This document shows positions 12,556 through 24,157 of a stretch of DNA of 64,000 bases, in pieces; positions within the stretch are counted from its first letter, which is position 1, and each line of letters begins with the position of its first letter. The stretch spans positions 39,806,001-39,870,000 of the forward strand of contig CM119372.1 of NCBI GenBank assembly GCA_051294905.1, in the 5' to 3' direction. The DNA is from Botryllus schlosseri. Lineage: Eukaryota. A model generated the notes under the pieces. It had not been told where the DNA came from and searched no databases. It saw nothing but the letters and a program-made list of their open reading frames with translations. A program made the translations under genes and the position numbers.

Positions 12556-14541
12556 CAGTGGTTCCCAACCTTTTTCGGTGGCAGGGCCAAATTTAGAATT
12601 TCAGTGTACGGTCGGGGCCGCACGAATACCAGGGCAATGAAAGGAACCCAAAATAGTCACCAAAATATGAAAATTCGCATTGTTTCGATCATTCGCTCGA
12701 CGCCATTGGCCATTGTGTTGCCGCGCTCCCGTTGTTCAGAACAATCAACCTTTGCTGGCTATTTCGGGGTAGTTTTATTGCCCTGTCGAGATTTCAATTC
12801 GTATTTTTGGAATCAGCGCGACACCTCCTTTCGATAAACACCGTCATATCAAAGTATTCGGACGCTTGGGTCGCGAGCTATAGGACTACGAATTATGCCG
12901 TTTTTGCCGGCCGAGAAGTACGCATCTCGGCGTATTCAATCGTGAGTCACTTGTTGCACATCTATCCGTAAATTAGTTATCAATACCCAGGGTCGTAACA
13001 GCACTTCGTCAGCCCCCCACCCCCCCCAAAAAAAACGTTGCTCTTGGCCCCCTCAGGCTATAGATGGCTGTTTACCGCTGTTTACCGTCTAAATCGGATG
13101 TCCGCTTTAGGCAGCTTCTCTCGACTAATCGCGCGAAGCGCAAAAAATTTATATAATTCATGATTGAATCGGTCAATGTAATCGGGAATCGAAAATATAT
13201 TGGTATCGATTTTTATCCTCTCTCTCCTCACGTAATCAGATTGAGCGGTTGAGCCGAGTGAGTGTTTGAAAAGGTAGGACCACTCCATAATAATTAAATA
13301 TCTTCGGGCGTATACCCGTTGGCAGTAACGAAACAGCACTTCGTCAGGCCCCTCAAAACACTTAGGTCTTGAGCTCCCATAGGGTGATAAACCGACACCC
13401 CGTCCGGTTGTTCGCTTCTGCCACGAAATCAGGATCACCGTTTAGTGAGCCAGCGTGTAGCGCGAAAATTTTCGATAATTCAAAATAAAATATAGGTCAA
13501 TAAGATCGGGAATTGCATATATATTGCTATCAATTACTTGTCCTCTCTGCTCACGTAATCGGATTTACCGATAGAGTTGAGTGAGGTGTCTTGGAAACTG
13601 TAGGGCCCGTAAATAATAATTAAACATATTCGGACGGCGAACCCGTTGGTACGACTTCGTTACATAATGTTATTTGTTATTTCGTGATCTCCAGTCTGCT
13701 ATATCAAGAAATATAGAATCGCCCAAACATACTAAACTAAAAGATGCACACGATTTCAAATTGTTAGTTCTTCACTGGCATATAATTTTTCGCTGCGGGA
13801 TGGTAGCCTATTTGTCTCGTGACGTTCAGATTGCCAAGACAGGAACATTCGGCGCCAGTCATTTAGGCGCCTATGGTCAATTATACCTATATGTATTTTG
13901 AATATACATAACGAAGTTTTCGTTCAGCGTAAGGGCAGTCCTTTTCGGCCAAGGTTTTCTCGCTGCCGATCGTTCTTGGAGTCGCATGTTACATGACTTA
14001 AAACTTTATATGTCCTCGTGCGTCGTGGTGCGGTAATGGCCAACGGCGATATGCCTACTTCTATAAATCTTGGCGTATTTTATCTTTGTTGAAGAGTACC
14101 GAATAATTAAGGCACTAGGAAACGTGAAATCGCGCGCAGCGCGAAAAATCTTTGAAAAAGTTGCATAAAATTTCAAAAAAATACTCTGTAATTTATGCTA
14201 ATTCACTATATAATTTTGGGCCCTCTTCGAGCTCGCTCCCCCCAATTGGAGGGCTTGGGATGCGGCAGTTACGGTCCTGTCAATACCTATATCTATAGGT
14301 ACTGCCCGTACAACTGGAAAGTTAGGGCACATTGCATTGAAACAGCAGTGACGTAATCTTAGCAGTCTACTCACAACGTTACTGCAATCCTAATTGAAAA
14401 CTCCTGACTCCAAGCCAAGCAAGAGTATTTTACAAATATAATTTTTTTTCATAAATCGATTTCTCAATATTTTTGTGGGGGCCGCAAGAAGGCTAGCTGA
14501 GGGCCGCATGCGGCCCGCAGGGCCGCGGTTGGGAATCACTG
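12556..14541. mobile_element. Non-autonomous hAT element (family A), copy 2
   Basis: TIR CAGTG(G/A)TTCCCAACC; perfect TSD gtattaac at 12548-12555 and 14542-14549. Confidence 0.95.
12988..14279. mobile_element. ~1.3-kb non-autonomous hAT element (family B) nested in family A
   Basis: TIR CAGGGTCGTAAC / GTTACGGTCCTG; perfect TSD tcaatacc; internal ~325-bp duplication. Confidence 0.95.
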
Positions 14542-15199
14542 GTATTAACTGTATGCTTCCTTAATTTTATGGAATAAATCATGAATAGTGCGCCGGTTGG
14601 AATTACATAATCAATATTTCACATCACAAGCGGTAACATAGAGCAATATTGTTTTATTCATCATACCAATTATACCGTTTTACATAGAGGATTATTCAAT
14701 TACTTGTATTATTTGATAATCATAATCCGAATAAATCGTTTGTATAAGAGCGCGTGGACATGGCGGAAGAATGAAACGTATAAATACCTAAATAGATTCA
14801 CGATATTTACAAAGCAAATATCGATTACGCCTATCTTGGCCAACCTTGGAATCATACATGACACTGGTGACGTTACGCCCAATGCCCGACCCGCGCATTA
14901 AATGCTTATGAAATTGTCTCGATTTTCTCAGTAACAAAACCATAAGCTATTGAAAGCGCTTATATTTTCGTAAAGCAATGCACGTGCGATATGCGAGACG
15001 CCCGGCGATGCACTGAGAGAGAGAGAGATAGTCTTTATTTTCATCCAACCAAAATACATAACACACGGCATGCAGTGATGGTGGTACAGAAAATATACAT
15101 GCACAGTATTCGGTATTAGATAGGAATGATCGATAAGACCGTGAAGGTCATCTGTTCTGATCACACCAGCATCAAACACGTACACTTGACTCTGAACAG

Positions 15200-15673
15200 T
15201 CTGGCTGTAAAAAAAATGTTAGTTAAAAAAGGAAAATAGAAGAAAAATTAAACAATGGTAGCAAATGATCAATGAAGCAATGTTTGGGCGAGATAGGGCA
15301 ACAGTGTCAGTATAACGACAGGAGGTGATCAGGTAGGTCTTTTTTGAATCTATTATAAGGCAATTCACGGATATATGGTGGTAATGCATTCCAGATGACA
15401 GGTCCCGAGTAGTCGATAGATCTCTTAGTTAGGTTGCTATTGGGAGGGGGTAAGTAGATATTTCCCTTTGACGAGGATGTCGTGTAATGGGAGTTGACAT
15501 TTTTAGCAGGTATGAAAAAACATCAAACACAGGAGGCAGACTATTGGAAAAATATTTGTGAATAACTTTTGATACTTCGAAGCGATATAGTTCGTCAACT
15601 CGCAAAATTCGATGCTTACGGTAGTAAGGCGATAACTTAGTACGTAAAGGTACAGATGAGATCAGCCGTGTCA
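15200..15673 (-). mobile_element. 3' end of a CR1/L2-group LINE (ORF2 C-terminus and 3' UTR)
   Basis: PLRTKLSPYYRKHRILRVDELYRFEVSKVIHKYFSNSLPPVF resembles the L2/CR1-group ORF2 tail (P.Y..L.IL...DLY..E....M.K.....LP..F). Confidence 0.65.
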
Positions 15674-15681
15674 CACTAAAG

Positions 15682-16676
15682 CAGGGGTCGCCAGCTCGAA
15701 ACGGGTCGCGGGCCACTTTTCAAATTTCGTAGTGGCGACGGACCGCATGAATTCAATTTCGATGTAACATAGGCAACCACGTTCTGAAACTCTACGTCAG
15801 TACAACACTGTGCAATCTAACATAAGCGATGGGCATAGTGACTCTAATCGAAGTAATATTTCAATAAATGAATACAAATACAACCAAAATCATTATAATC
15901 AATTTCATTTTAATTTTAACTCAGAGCTGTGCACGATACCTGGAAACGCTTTTCAGCGAGAAAGGAATCGATATCGGGGCTAGCGAGATACGTTACTAGC
16001 TGAAAAACCATCTCCACGTAAAGATAATCTTGTGGGGAATCCCTACGCCAGAGGTTTTCAAACTTTTTTTGACGCGCCCCCTTTATGATACTAAAAAATC
16101 TCGCGTCCACCCCCTTATCGTCATATCACAAAATGCAACCAGAATGTCAGCAATCACAACGGATAGTTTGATGGCATGGAAGGTTATGACTGCTGATGAG
16201 AAAACTCTATATTTTGAATTCTGGACTATACACAGAGTAGTAACTATTAATCAGAGGAAATCGCGGGAAGCGCGAGAAAATTTTCAGTCGAGCGCAGCTC
16301 TGCGCCTCTTTAGATTCTTTCACGCCCCCGCATGGGAGCACGCCCCCCAGTTTGGGAGCCACTTCTCTAAGCAGTTTTCTAAGCGTCTCGGCCTCGACAG
16401 TGTTTGTGCCATTGCACGTCAAGGCAATTTGCCCATCCATATCAGCAGATTCTCGCTCGATGGAATGCTGTTGCCATCGCCGCAGCCGTTTCACCTAGTG
16501 GCGAATAGTGATGTTGGGCACAGGAGAATAGCTTATTTGAGACAGCAACAACCATATGTTGAAATTGTACTCAATTTCAGCAGTTCAAAATGGTTTTCTT
16601 AGCTTTCTTCCGAAATCTCAAACCAAGTCGCGGGCCACAAATTATGACCTCGCGGGCCGCGTGCTGGTGACCCCTG
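15682..16676. mobile_element. Non-autonomous hAT element (family C), with a small MITE nested at 16049-16364
   Basis: TIR CAGGGGTC(G/A)CCAGC; perfect TSD cactaaag. Confidence 0.93.
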
Positions 16677-16684
16677 CACTAAAG

Positions 16685-18003
16685 CATGGGTCACCAACGC
16701 GGTGCCCGCGGGCCACCAGTAGCCCGCGCGCCTGCTCTAGAAATAGATCGAATAGCAGCATTTACCAGTATTCGTCAGATTATTACCGGTGAGATTTTAA
16801 ATATATAGATTGATTGATTTAGCTATTCTTGTTTATGATCACGCTAACATGTAACTTACTAATGACAATACATGTATACAAACACTCGAAATGATGATAT
16901 CAAATATCCTCAATTACAATTAGTAATATACTAGGGTCATCATATTTTGGAATCGGGAAAAGAAGGACACTTTTTCAAAATTTTCAGATTTAGTATGTGG
17001 GGTAAAATTCGGAAAAATGGTAACTTTTTTCCCGACTTTGTGGTTGGTTAACAAAAAAAAAGGTCGGTACTTTCGTTTGGAACACGAATGTCCTATATAG
17101 CGTCATTTATGCTCATTTCTTAGCTCTAAAAGCTGTGAAGGAGGACGAATTCCCAGAGAGGAGGACATTTAGGCATCCTCGGAGGACATTTTCAAACACC
17201 TGAAAAAGGAGGACAAATCCTCTCCTAAAGAAGGACGTATGTTAACCCTATAATATACCAGCACGTGATAGAATCACAACATAGCGAAGACGTAGGATTC
17301 GGTGCACTGCCTATATACAGGCGACATGACGGAATGCCATCCACGGTCTTCGTGAAATGGCCGGGTGCTCCGGTATGGTAGCTCGACGTCTAGGACAACG
17401 CTTAAGTAGTAAACAACATTACTATTTGGTAGCAGATTGCCGTGCTCCGTGAAGTACCAGCAGATTTTCAATATAGGTACGTCGATTACGTATTGCAGCT
17501 ATTGACACAGCTTGTTTCTCTTACACTCAACGCTGTCTAGTACCATGTTTCTAACTTTCTGTAATCGTTGCTGCTGTCCGGTATAACGGAATCTGTCATG
17601 TCTGAATGCTGAACAGTTGAAGATTGAAATTGGAACGCTGCAAAATGAACTCCACTGCCACTAGGCTGCAGCACACTTTTGGTGCCATGTTGACACGGAA
17701 AAGTACAGTGTATGCGCCGCAGCTATGAAGGTTGCACGCGTGTTTGGTTCAACTTATCCTTGTGAATCAGCCTTTTCGGACATGAACTTCATCAAAAACA
17801 AACACAGAACACGCCTCCCTAATGCGCATGGAATACACTTTCTCAGAGTTGCAGCGTCAAATTACATACCCGAGTACAGCGCATTGGTTGACAGCAAGCA
17901 ATGCGAGGCTTAATACTGACAGGTATACAAACAGATAACATAGTGTCCAGTCTAAAGTACGACATGATTTATTTTAAAATTCGAGTTGACTGTTGTTGTA
18001 TAG
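16685..18003 (+). mobile_element. Deleted Buster/Charlie-type hAT transposon with transposase C-terminal remnant (~17600-17913)
   Basis: Begins catgggtcaccaacgcggtgcccgcggg. ORF FGSTYPCESAFSDMNFIKNKHRTRL matches the Charlie/GTF2IRD2-type FGSTY.CE..FS.M...K.K.R.RL motif. Right end not found. Confidence 0.8.
16932..17250. mobile_element. GAGGAC-repeat hAT MITE
   Basis: TAGGGT...ACCCTA ends; perfect TSD taatatac. Confidence 0.9.
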
Positions 18004-20750
18004 CATTGGTCAACACAATTTTTGTTGACTTTAATCAGACAATTGATTGTGACTAACTTTTGGGCGCTGAATTCAAAGTTGACTTCCGTTTTTCTGTAGC
18101 ACGTCAAGTTTTTGGGTTATAGACACTCACCACATTGTCTCATAACCCACATCAAAGCACTACTTTTAATAGTTTGTGTTTATTGTATAAAACGTTTCAA
18201 AAACCACAAGCAATGGAAAGTAAATCAATAGACTTCAAATAAACATTTGCACTGCTTCATTTGGTTGCTTTTCCAGGACAAATAAAGGGCGGGTCGCAGG
18301 GTTCAAATTCATGCTAATAACTCATAATTCAGTGAGTTGTCCCGTTTGATACTCGAGCAATAGTCAACTAACTACTGTAAGCTCCAATCTACTCTGGTAT
18401 CTTACCCCTATCATCTTCAGATAATGGGGAACACTTTCTCCTTGTCCATCGCTGACTATGCCAAGGTTTTCGGTGAATTATTTAGATATTTTAGCTTTTT
18501 TGAAGGTCTGCTGTCTGACGTAAACATGTGCCAGTGGCACATGTGCATCAGGGTTACATGTAAAATGTGTATCCTCATTGTCTGACCACTAAGAAAACAC
18601 AATATTTCAAATCTGGCACATGATCCAATCGTGCTTGTGATATTGCAACAATTCAGTGTTTCTGGATTATTCACGAAGACTAACTGAGTGTGTAATTGTT
18701 ACTGCCGCTAAGACGTTGCAACTTTGGAGAATGCCACAATTTAGGATCCTGTTTGAGCCACCAATGGACATTTGCCATTAACTCGAGTTGTAAATCGGGA
18801 TTCCTGACTCCTCCAGCAACCCATGGTAACAGTATCATACCAATGCCAGTATCACGGCAATACGCAAAGCTACCCAAAGTAGCCCTACGATGAAAACGTC
18901 GTTTCTCATGATCGAAAGTCAGATATCTTCTTTGTCTTGCAAAGTATTTTTTTCTCAAATCGCAAGGATGCGAAAAGTTCCGAATATTTCGATTTCAAGT
19001 CCGAAAGCCAATGTACGATCATTTAACTTGTGTTGATGGACTACTCTACGTTCAGAATCATCTTCGATTTCAAAATCTTCATCATGAGAGCTGTTATCCC
19101 AATGATCTTCATCTTGATCCAAATTACCGAGCGTATATTAGGGTTGCCATACATCCGGAATTTCCCGGACATGTCCGGAATTTCACTGTTCAATCTAGCG
19201 TCCTGGAGGAATTTCTAAAATATGCCAAATATCCGGAACTTTGAAGACTTGACGTAGGCTCATAATTTTTTCGTAAATCAACATAAAAACCTTATTTTGG
19301 GGACTATTTATGCTTATGCATGATATTTTTCTTCGCGCTGCGCGCGATTTACTATCACATTTATTGATTTTAATGTGGACACTACCAGCCTCGCAAAAAC
19401 TGCAATAAAATATAAATAAAAACAACCCTCATTTACTGGAAAAAGCCTAATTGTAATCGCAATTATACGAGAACGGTATATTCCTAGGTATCGTTAAGGT
19501 CGTTTAAATGCTTTAGTCAAAGATAGTGGTTCCAAACGTGTGGGTCGTTTGCCTTTATTCTGGGGTTTGCGAATATGTGGAACGTAATCAGTTTCCGAAA
19601 TAGCCGTGAGTAAGTCTGGGCAAAGGTGCTGACTTCTTTTAGTAATCAGCCCGTCAAATTTTGATCTGAGCCACGGAACATTTTCAAATTGGAGATGGAG
19701 TCGCGACCATAAAAGGTTAGAAACAACTGGATCTGGGGTGTTGATAAAGTTCCGTGGTGCGCACCGGCATAAGGCTGATAATTAATCTTATCGGCAGGAC
19801 ATGAACATGACTTTACGATGTACATTTAGGCTTTCTGTATTTTCGAACTCATCATCCTCCACCAGCTCTACCGCTAACTCTGATCATGTGGGCGGAGAGT
19901 AGTATCTATATAGTAATATATGGAACAGCCAATATTATTGACAGAATTCATTCAAAAAATTTAACGACCAGATGCATATAGAAAGCACCCCCCGCCCATA
20001 ATTAAGTTGCATCGATTACCCCATAGTGTGGCTGGAAAGGGGCTGAAAACATGTGCTTTCGGTCCCGGGTGCACAACACACAGTCACTTACTCCTGAACC
20101 GGGTCGTGACCCCCTCTGGTCTATGAACAAAGCTTTGCTAGTGTGACGTCATAACTCATTTTGAAATCCACTAGTGGGCGCTGAAGAGTGTCCGGAATTT
20201 GGGTCGCAGAAACATGGTAACCCTAGCGTATATGAATGTCAAGTTACACTTAAGCTGAATGGGACTTTGGACCTATAGCTGATAGTAAATGTAATGTTTA
20301 TTTTTCTTGCCATATCCTGCAGTTTGCATCAAATATGTGTCCGAAATCTTTTCAATGTATCGCAGTCTTTTGGTGTTTTGAAATGATAAAAATTCCAAAT
20401 AAACTGTCCTGAACTGGTAGCATACTCGATTCGAATCACTATGCTCAGCCCTAGTAATGTTACAGTTAAGGCACAATTTTCTGTAGCGTGATCCGAAGGT
20501 CATTAATCTCCCGACGGTACGGTTCGACTTTTGTATGATTTATCCCCATACAGGTATTATCAAATCATCGTGAGCATCGTAAAGGATTATATTGATTCAC
20601 CCGCCAGACTGTTCGCTATTCATAAAGGAATTCCGCAGTAGTGCAGTCTGGAGAAGCCGGGTGAAAAATCGTGATTATACGCAGCATACAAACATTACAT
20701 AATTTCTACGCCTCATCCGTCCAATTATACCTTACTGGCACTTCCGTTTG
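18004..20750 (-). mobile_element. Decayed Chapaev3-like (CMC) DNA transposon
   Basis: Minus-strand peptides in order: TAGYGKKNKHYIYY; YNSS*WQMSIGGSNRILNCGILQSCN...THSVSLRE (cf. EWRLFIDSSK.SLK.VLLHNGN...HSV..KE); LQYHKHDWIMC; ENLGIVSDGQGESVPHYLKMIGVRYQSR (cf. ENLGAVSDEQGERFHQDI..ME.RYQGRW). Terminus cattggtcaaca resembles the CACTG-type end. 5' limit approximate. Confidence 0.72.
19139..20225. mobile_element. hAT MITE with TCCGGA repeats, inserted in the Chapaev3 remnant
   Basis: TIR TAGGGTT(G/A)CCAT; perfect TSD gcgtatat. Confidence 0.92.
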
Positions 20751-22010
20751 TAAGTATTACACCGTCGAAGTATCTTGCCAAACAGTTGTGCAATGTGCAT
20801 TTATACAATACAATACATTGAAACAGGTATGGTCGCATATAGGTTATATATTTGCACATCATTCATACTGTTGCAACGTCACAATCATTGGAACTCGAAT
20901 AATTGACTTGAACTCGATTCAGGATCGGTTGACTTTTATACTCCGTTTTGCCAAGCCCTTTTGGTAAGTCTAGTTTGTATTTGGTTACATTGTATCAACG
21001 CAACGATGATCTGTGATTTAGGCTGAGAAATATGCATCGTAGGAGAAACGTGCCGTATTAGCGTACTTGTGAGGCGACCAAATCCGTGGGACAAGATACA
21101 TAAGGGATATGATGTCGCTCAGAGAGAGAGGCGATGCCGTAATCATCGCTATTGATAGTCTTGATAGAAATCGACGTACTCATACAAGCATCACCGACTC
21201 TGAACGACGTCATAGATATGTAAAGATACATTGAACGCCGATTTGGCACTTGGTGAATTTAGCATTAGAAATGCAAATGCTATTGCTAAAATAAAAGCTA
21301 TGCATCAATAAATGAATGTTTCACTTATAAATGAGCATGAATTGGACATGCGGCTCTTGTTATATATGTAACAATGTATTCGGGTTATGTAACGCAGAGT
21401 TAAGTTATGGGTTAGGTTAAGTTGAGGTTAGGGTTAAGGGTTGCGTGAGGGTAGGTGTCGGGCAATAGCGTAATAGTAGGATACGAATATGATTGGAGGC
21501 TGAATATACCGGTAACCAACCGCAGTTTTATTGCATTTTCCGAGCTAAACCTACAGAACGAGATAAGAAAGTCAAAATATATAAAATTTTGCGTCAAAAT
21601 CATGATAAAGATACTTGTCATGTTGAACACTAAACGCGTGTCATGTCCCATAAAATCCTAGTATTCCCATGATGTCACAAACTGCATTCAATATTACTTG
21701 GTTTCGGTCGTAGTCGAACTTTTGTGGTATATTATAACTTTTGTATCGAAGTACTATTTTTGTTTAATTATCTTAAGACTTTCGTGCAGATTAAGCGAGT
21801 CGTTTTGTTGCTATGAATCAATTGATAATATCGACGCCCTGAGATGTACCCCACGAGAAGTGTACACTTTACAGTTTAATTTATCGGCTCTCGTGCTCGC
21901 AAGATACTTGGTGAAAAGAGTATCTTTAGCCCGGATTGTCTAATTTCAGGAGGTTATTGGAGGAACAGAACCTCTATATACAATTGAATAGTATATTGAT
22001 ATTTATATGA

Positions 22011-22044
22011 ACTCGAACGTTTTCGACTGACACTCGTCAGGGGT
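22011..22044 (-). ncRNA. Minimal type I hammerhead ribozyme motif (PLE-associated)
   Basis: Minus strand ACCC CUGACGA GUGUCAGUC GAAA ACGU UC GAGU: intact core, G10.1-C11.1 pair, palindromic stem III AACGUU, UUC cleavage triplet; one mismatch in stem I. Confidence 0.65.
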
Positions 22045-22153
22045 AGCCTAATCGCCAGCAACTATAGTAGAGAATTGGAAAGAGCATTGTATATTAACAT
22101 ACACACTAGGGTTGTCCAAAATTTTGTAAAATCTCAAAATAGTGCGTATCCAT

Positions 22154-24157
22154 TAGGGTTGTCCATAATTCGGAAAATCTCAAAAAAGATGCGTAATTGC
22201 GTATCCATGTCTCATTCTGTAGATTATTGATAAAAAACGTCAATGAACCTGCAATAAGCTCATAGTGAAGTCGTTAACATTTGTCTAAATGCGTTTGAAA
22301 GTAGCTGCCGTAGAGTGGGCGTGTTAGCGACCATAGAACGGCGAGAAGACTGGTAATCACGAAATCACGTCTCTTGATTGGTTATTCAGCTATGCTTGAA
22401 TGATCACGACCACAGTGGCTTGCTGATTATGTGCTTCTAAGGAGATCGCTAACGGCAATGGTTATGTAAGCGCATTGTACATTGGTGATTTAAAAATAAA
22501 ATGAGACATCTGGTCATTGAATGTTTTAGTGTTGAAACTAGGTAACGATAGGTTTAGAGCAACAATAGCCTGTTACAGTTGGCTTACCATACGTCCTCTT
22601 TTAAGAGGATTTGTCCTCTTTTTTGACTTTTTTGAAAGTGTCCTCGGAGGACGCCCTTTTGTCCTCTTTTTTGACATTATGTCCTCTTTTTTGAAAATTT
22701 AGGTCAGATTTAGAGGAAATCGCGAGTGATATGCCGTAAATTAGCGCAGAAGTGAAGCTCCGGCGGGTATTACGGAGGGAAAAGTGGTGATTTAAGACCT
22801 TTTGACTTTTTTTTTTTTTTAGTCAAACACCTGGCAATGTGTAGAGAAAAACGTTATTTTGAGCTCTTTACCGGTTTTTGAGAATTCTTCTCCAGTTTTG
22901 CATGTCTGAAATTTCTGAATAAGTGTCCTCTTTTTACATTTCCAAAATGTGGTAAGCCTATGTTACAGGCATGACAGAGGTGAAACAGCGAATGATAGTG
23001 AACTTATAGAACTAAGTATAGATCCAAGAAATACATATATGATATGCTTGATATTACGCCAAGTGGTCCTGCTTTTCTGGGTGCAGGTAAGACATATTAG
23101 ACATCACCAAAATGGTGCAGCATAACATGTAAGATGGATGCTGGACACAATCCTGTATGCTCAGAAGATATGTGGGCCTACCAGGTAGTTTACATTGGAT
23201 TTCTGAAGAAGAGTGTAACTACCACACCGCTTCAATCCATCCCTTTTTTGTCCATGTCTGGGTTGATTCAAGCATTAGTCGTTATGCAGCCGGTAATGAT
23301 CTAACATTCATCAAGGACATGCTAAGCAATGCAAGCAAACTGTCTTTTTGCTGGTGCTACCAGCACAGTCTGTGCATATCTTTAGACCTCTTTGCCCGGC
23401 ATCATTGAGGACTTTGACAGCACTTGCGGGTATGATTCATTATGCTGCAAGTATCTGACAGGTGCCAAGCATAAATGACTGATTCATTCAGCACTTACAG
23501 CATTCAAAACTTCAATTATGTACCACGACAACAGAACAATAAGATCAGACAAAGTAATGTCAATGTCAAGCTTTATATTTGTATTCAATGATTGTACATC
23601 CCCTCTGAAACTAGAAATTCGTTTGCCACTTGCATAAGCGCCTTTCTAGTATTTTTCCGCGTGTTTTAGCGCTTTCCATCAAAGAAATCAAGGCATACAG
23701 GCTACAACGATTACCTTCACACTAAGCCATCCAGCCATGTATTTAAAGATATTGTGAAGCAGCTGTTCTTGTAGTTCATCACGTATTTCGTAACTCAACA
23801 TGTTCCGAATATATCCTAAATCACTAGTTGCGGACCAACCTACAATGCACTTACAGAATCACCGCCGTCAGCCGACTCCTTGACCAGCTAATCAACAAGC
23901 CGCCAACGTTGTGATCATTGAAGCATAGCAGATTAGCCAATCAAACGCCGTGATTTCGTGATTACTAGTCTGCTTGCCGTTCTATGGTCGCTGACACGCC
24001 CAATCTACGGCAGCTTCTTTCAAACGCATTTAGACAAATGTTAACAACTTTCCTGTGAGCTTATTGCAGGTTCATTGACGTTTTTTTAACTATAATCTAT
24101 AGAATGAGACATGGATACGCATAAATTTTGAGATTTTCCAAATTATGGACAACCCTA
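22154..24157 (+). mobile_element. hATm-like deleted transposon (inner copy of the same family)
   Basis: Same TIRs; perfect TSD gtatccat at 22146-22153 and 24158-24165; ORF 23157-23408 contains AAGNDLTFIKDML. Confidence 0.92.
22579..22960. mobile_element. GAGGAC-repeat hAT MITE nested in the inner hATm copy
   Basis: Ends ttggcttaccat / tggtaagccta; perfect TSD tgttacag; absent from the outer copy at the equivalent site (~24545). Confidence 0.93.

Noticed and set aside
16030..16602. Longest ORF in the track (190 aa)
   Set aside because: Spans the junction of two nested MITEs and has no recognisable protein motif; a chance ORF.
21400..21452. TTAGGG-like telomeric repeat
   Set aside because: Only a few degenerate units; more likely a repeat-element fragment than an interstitial telomere.
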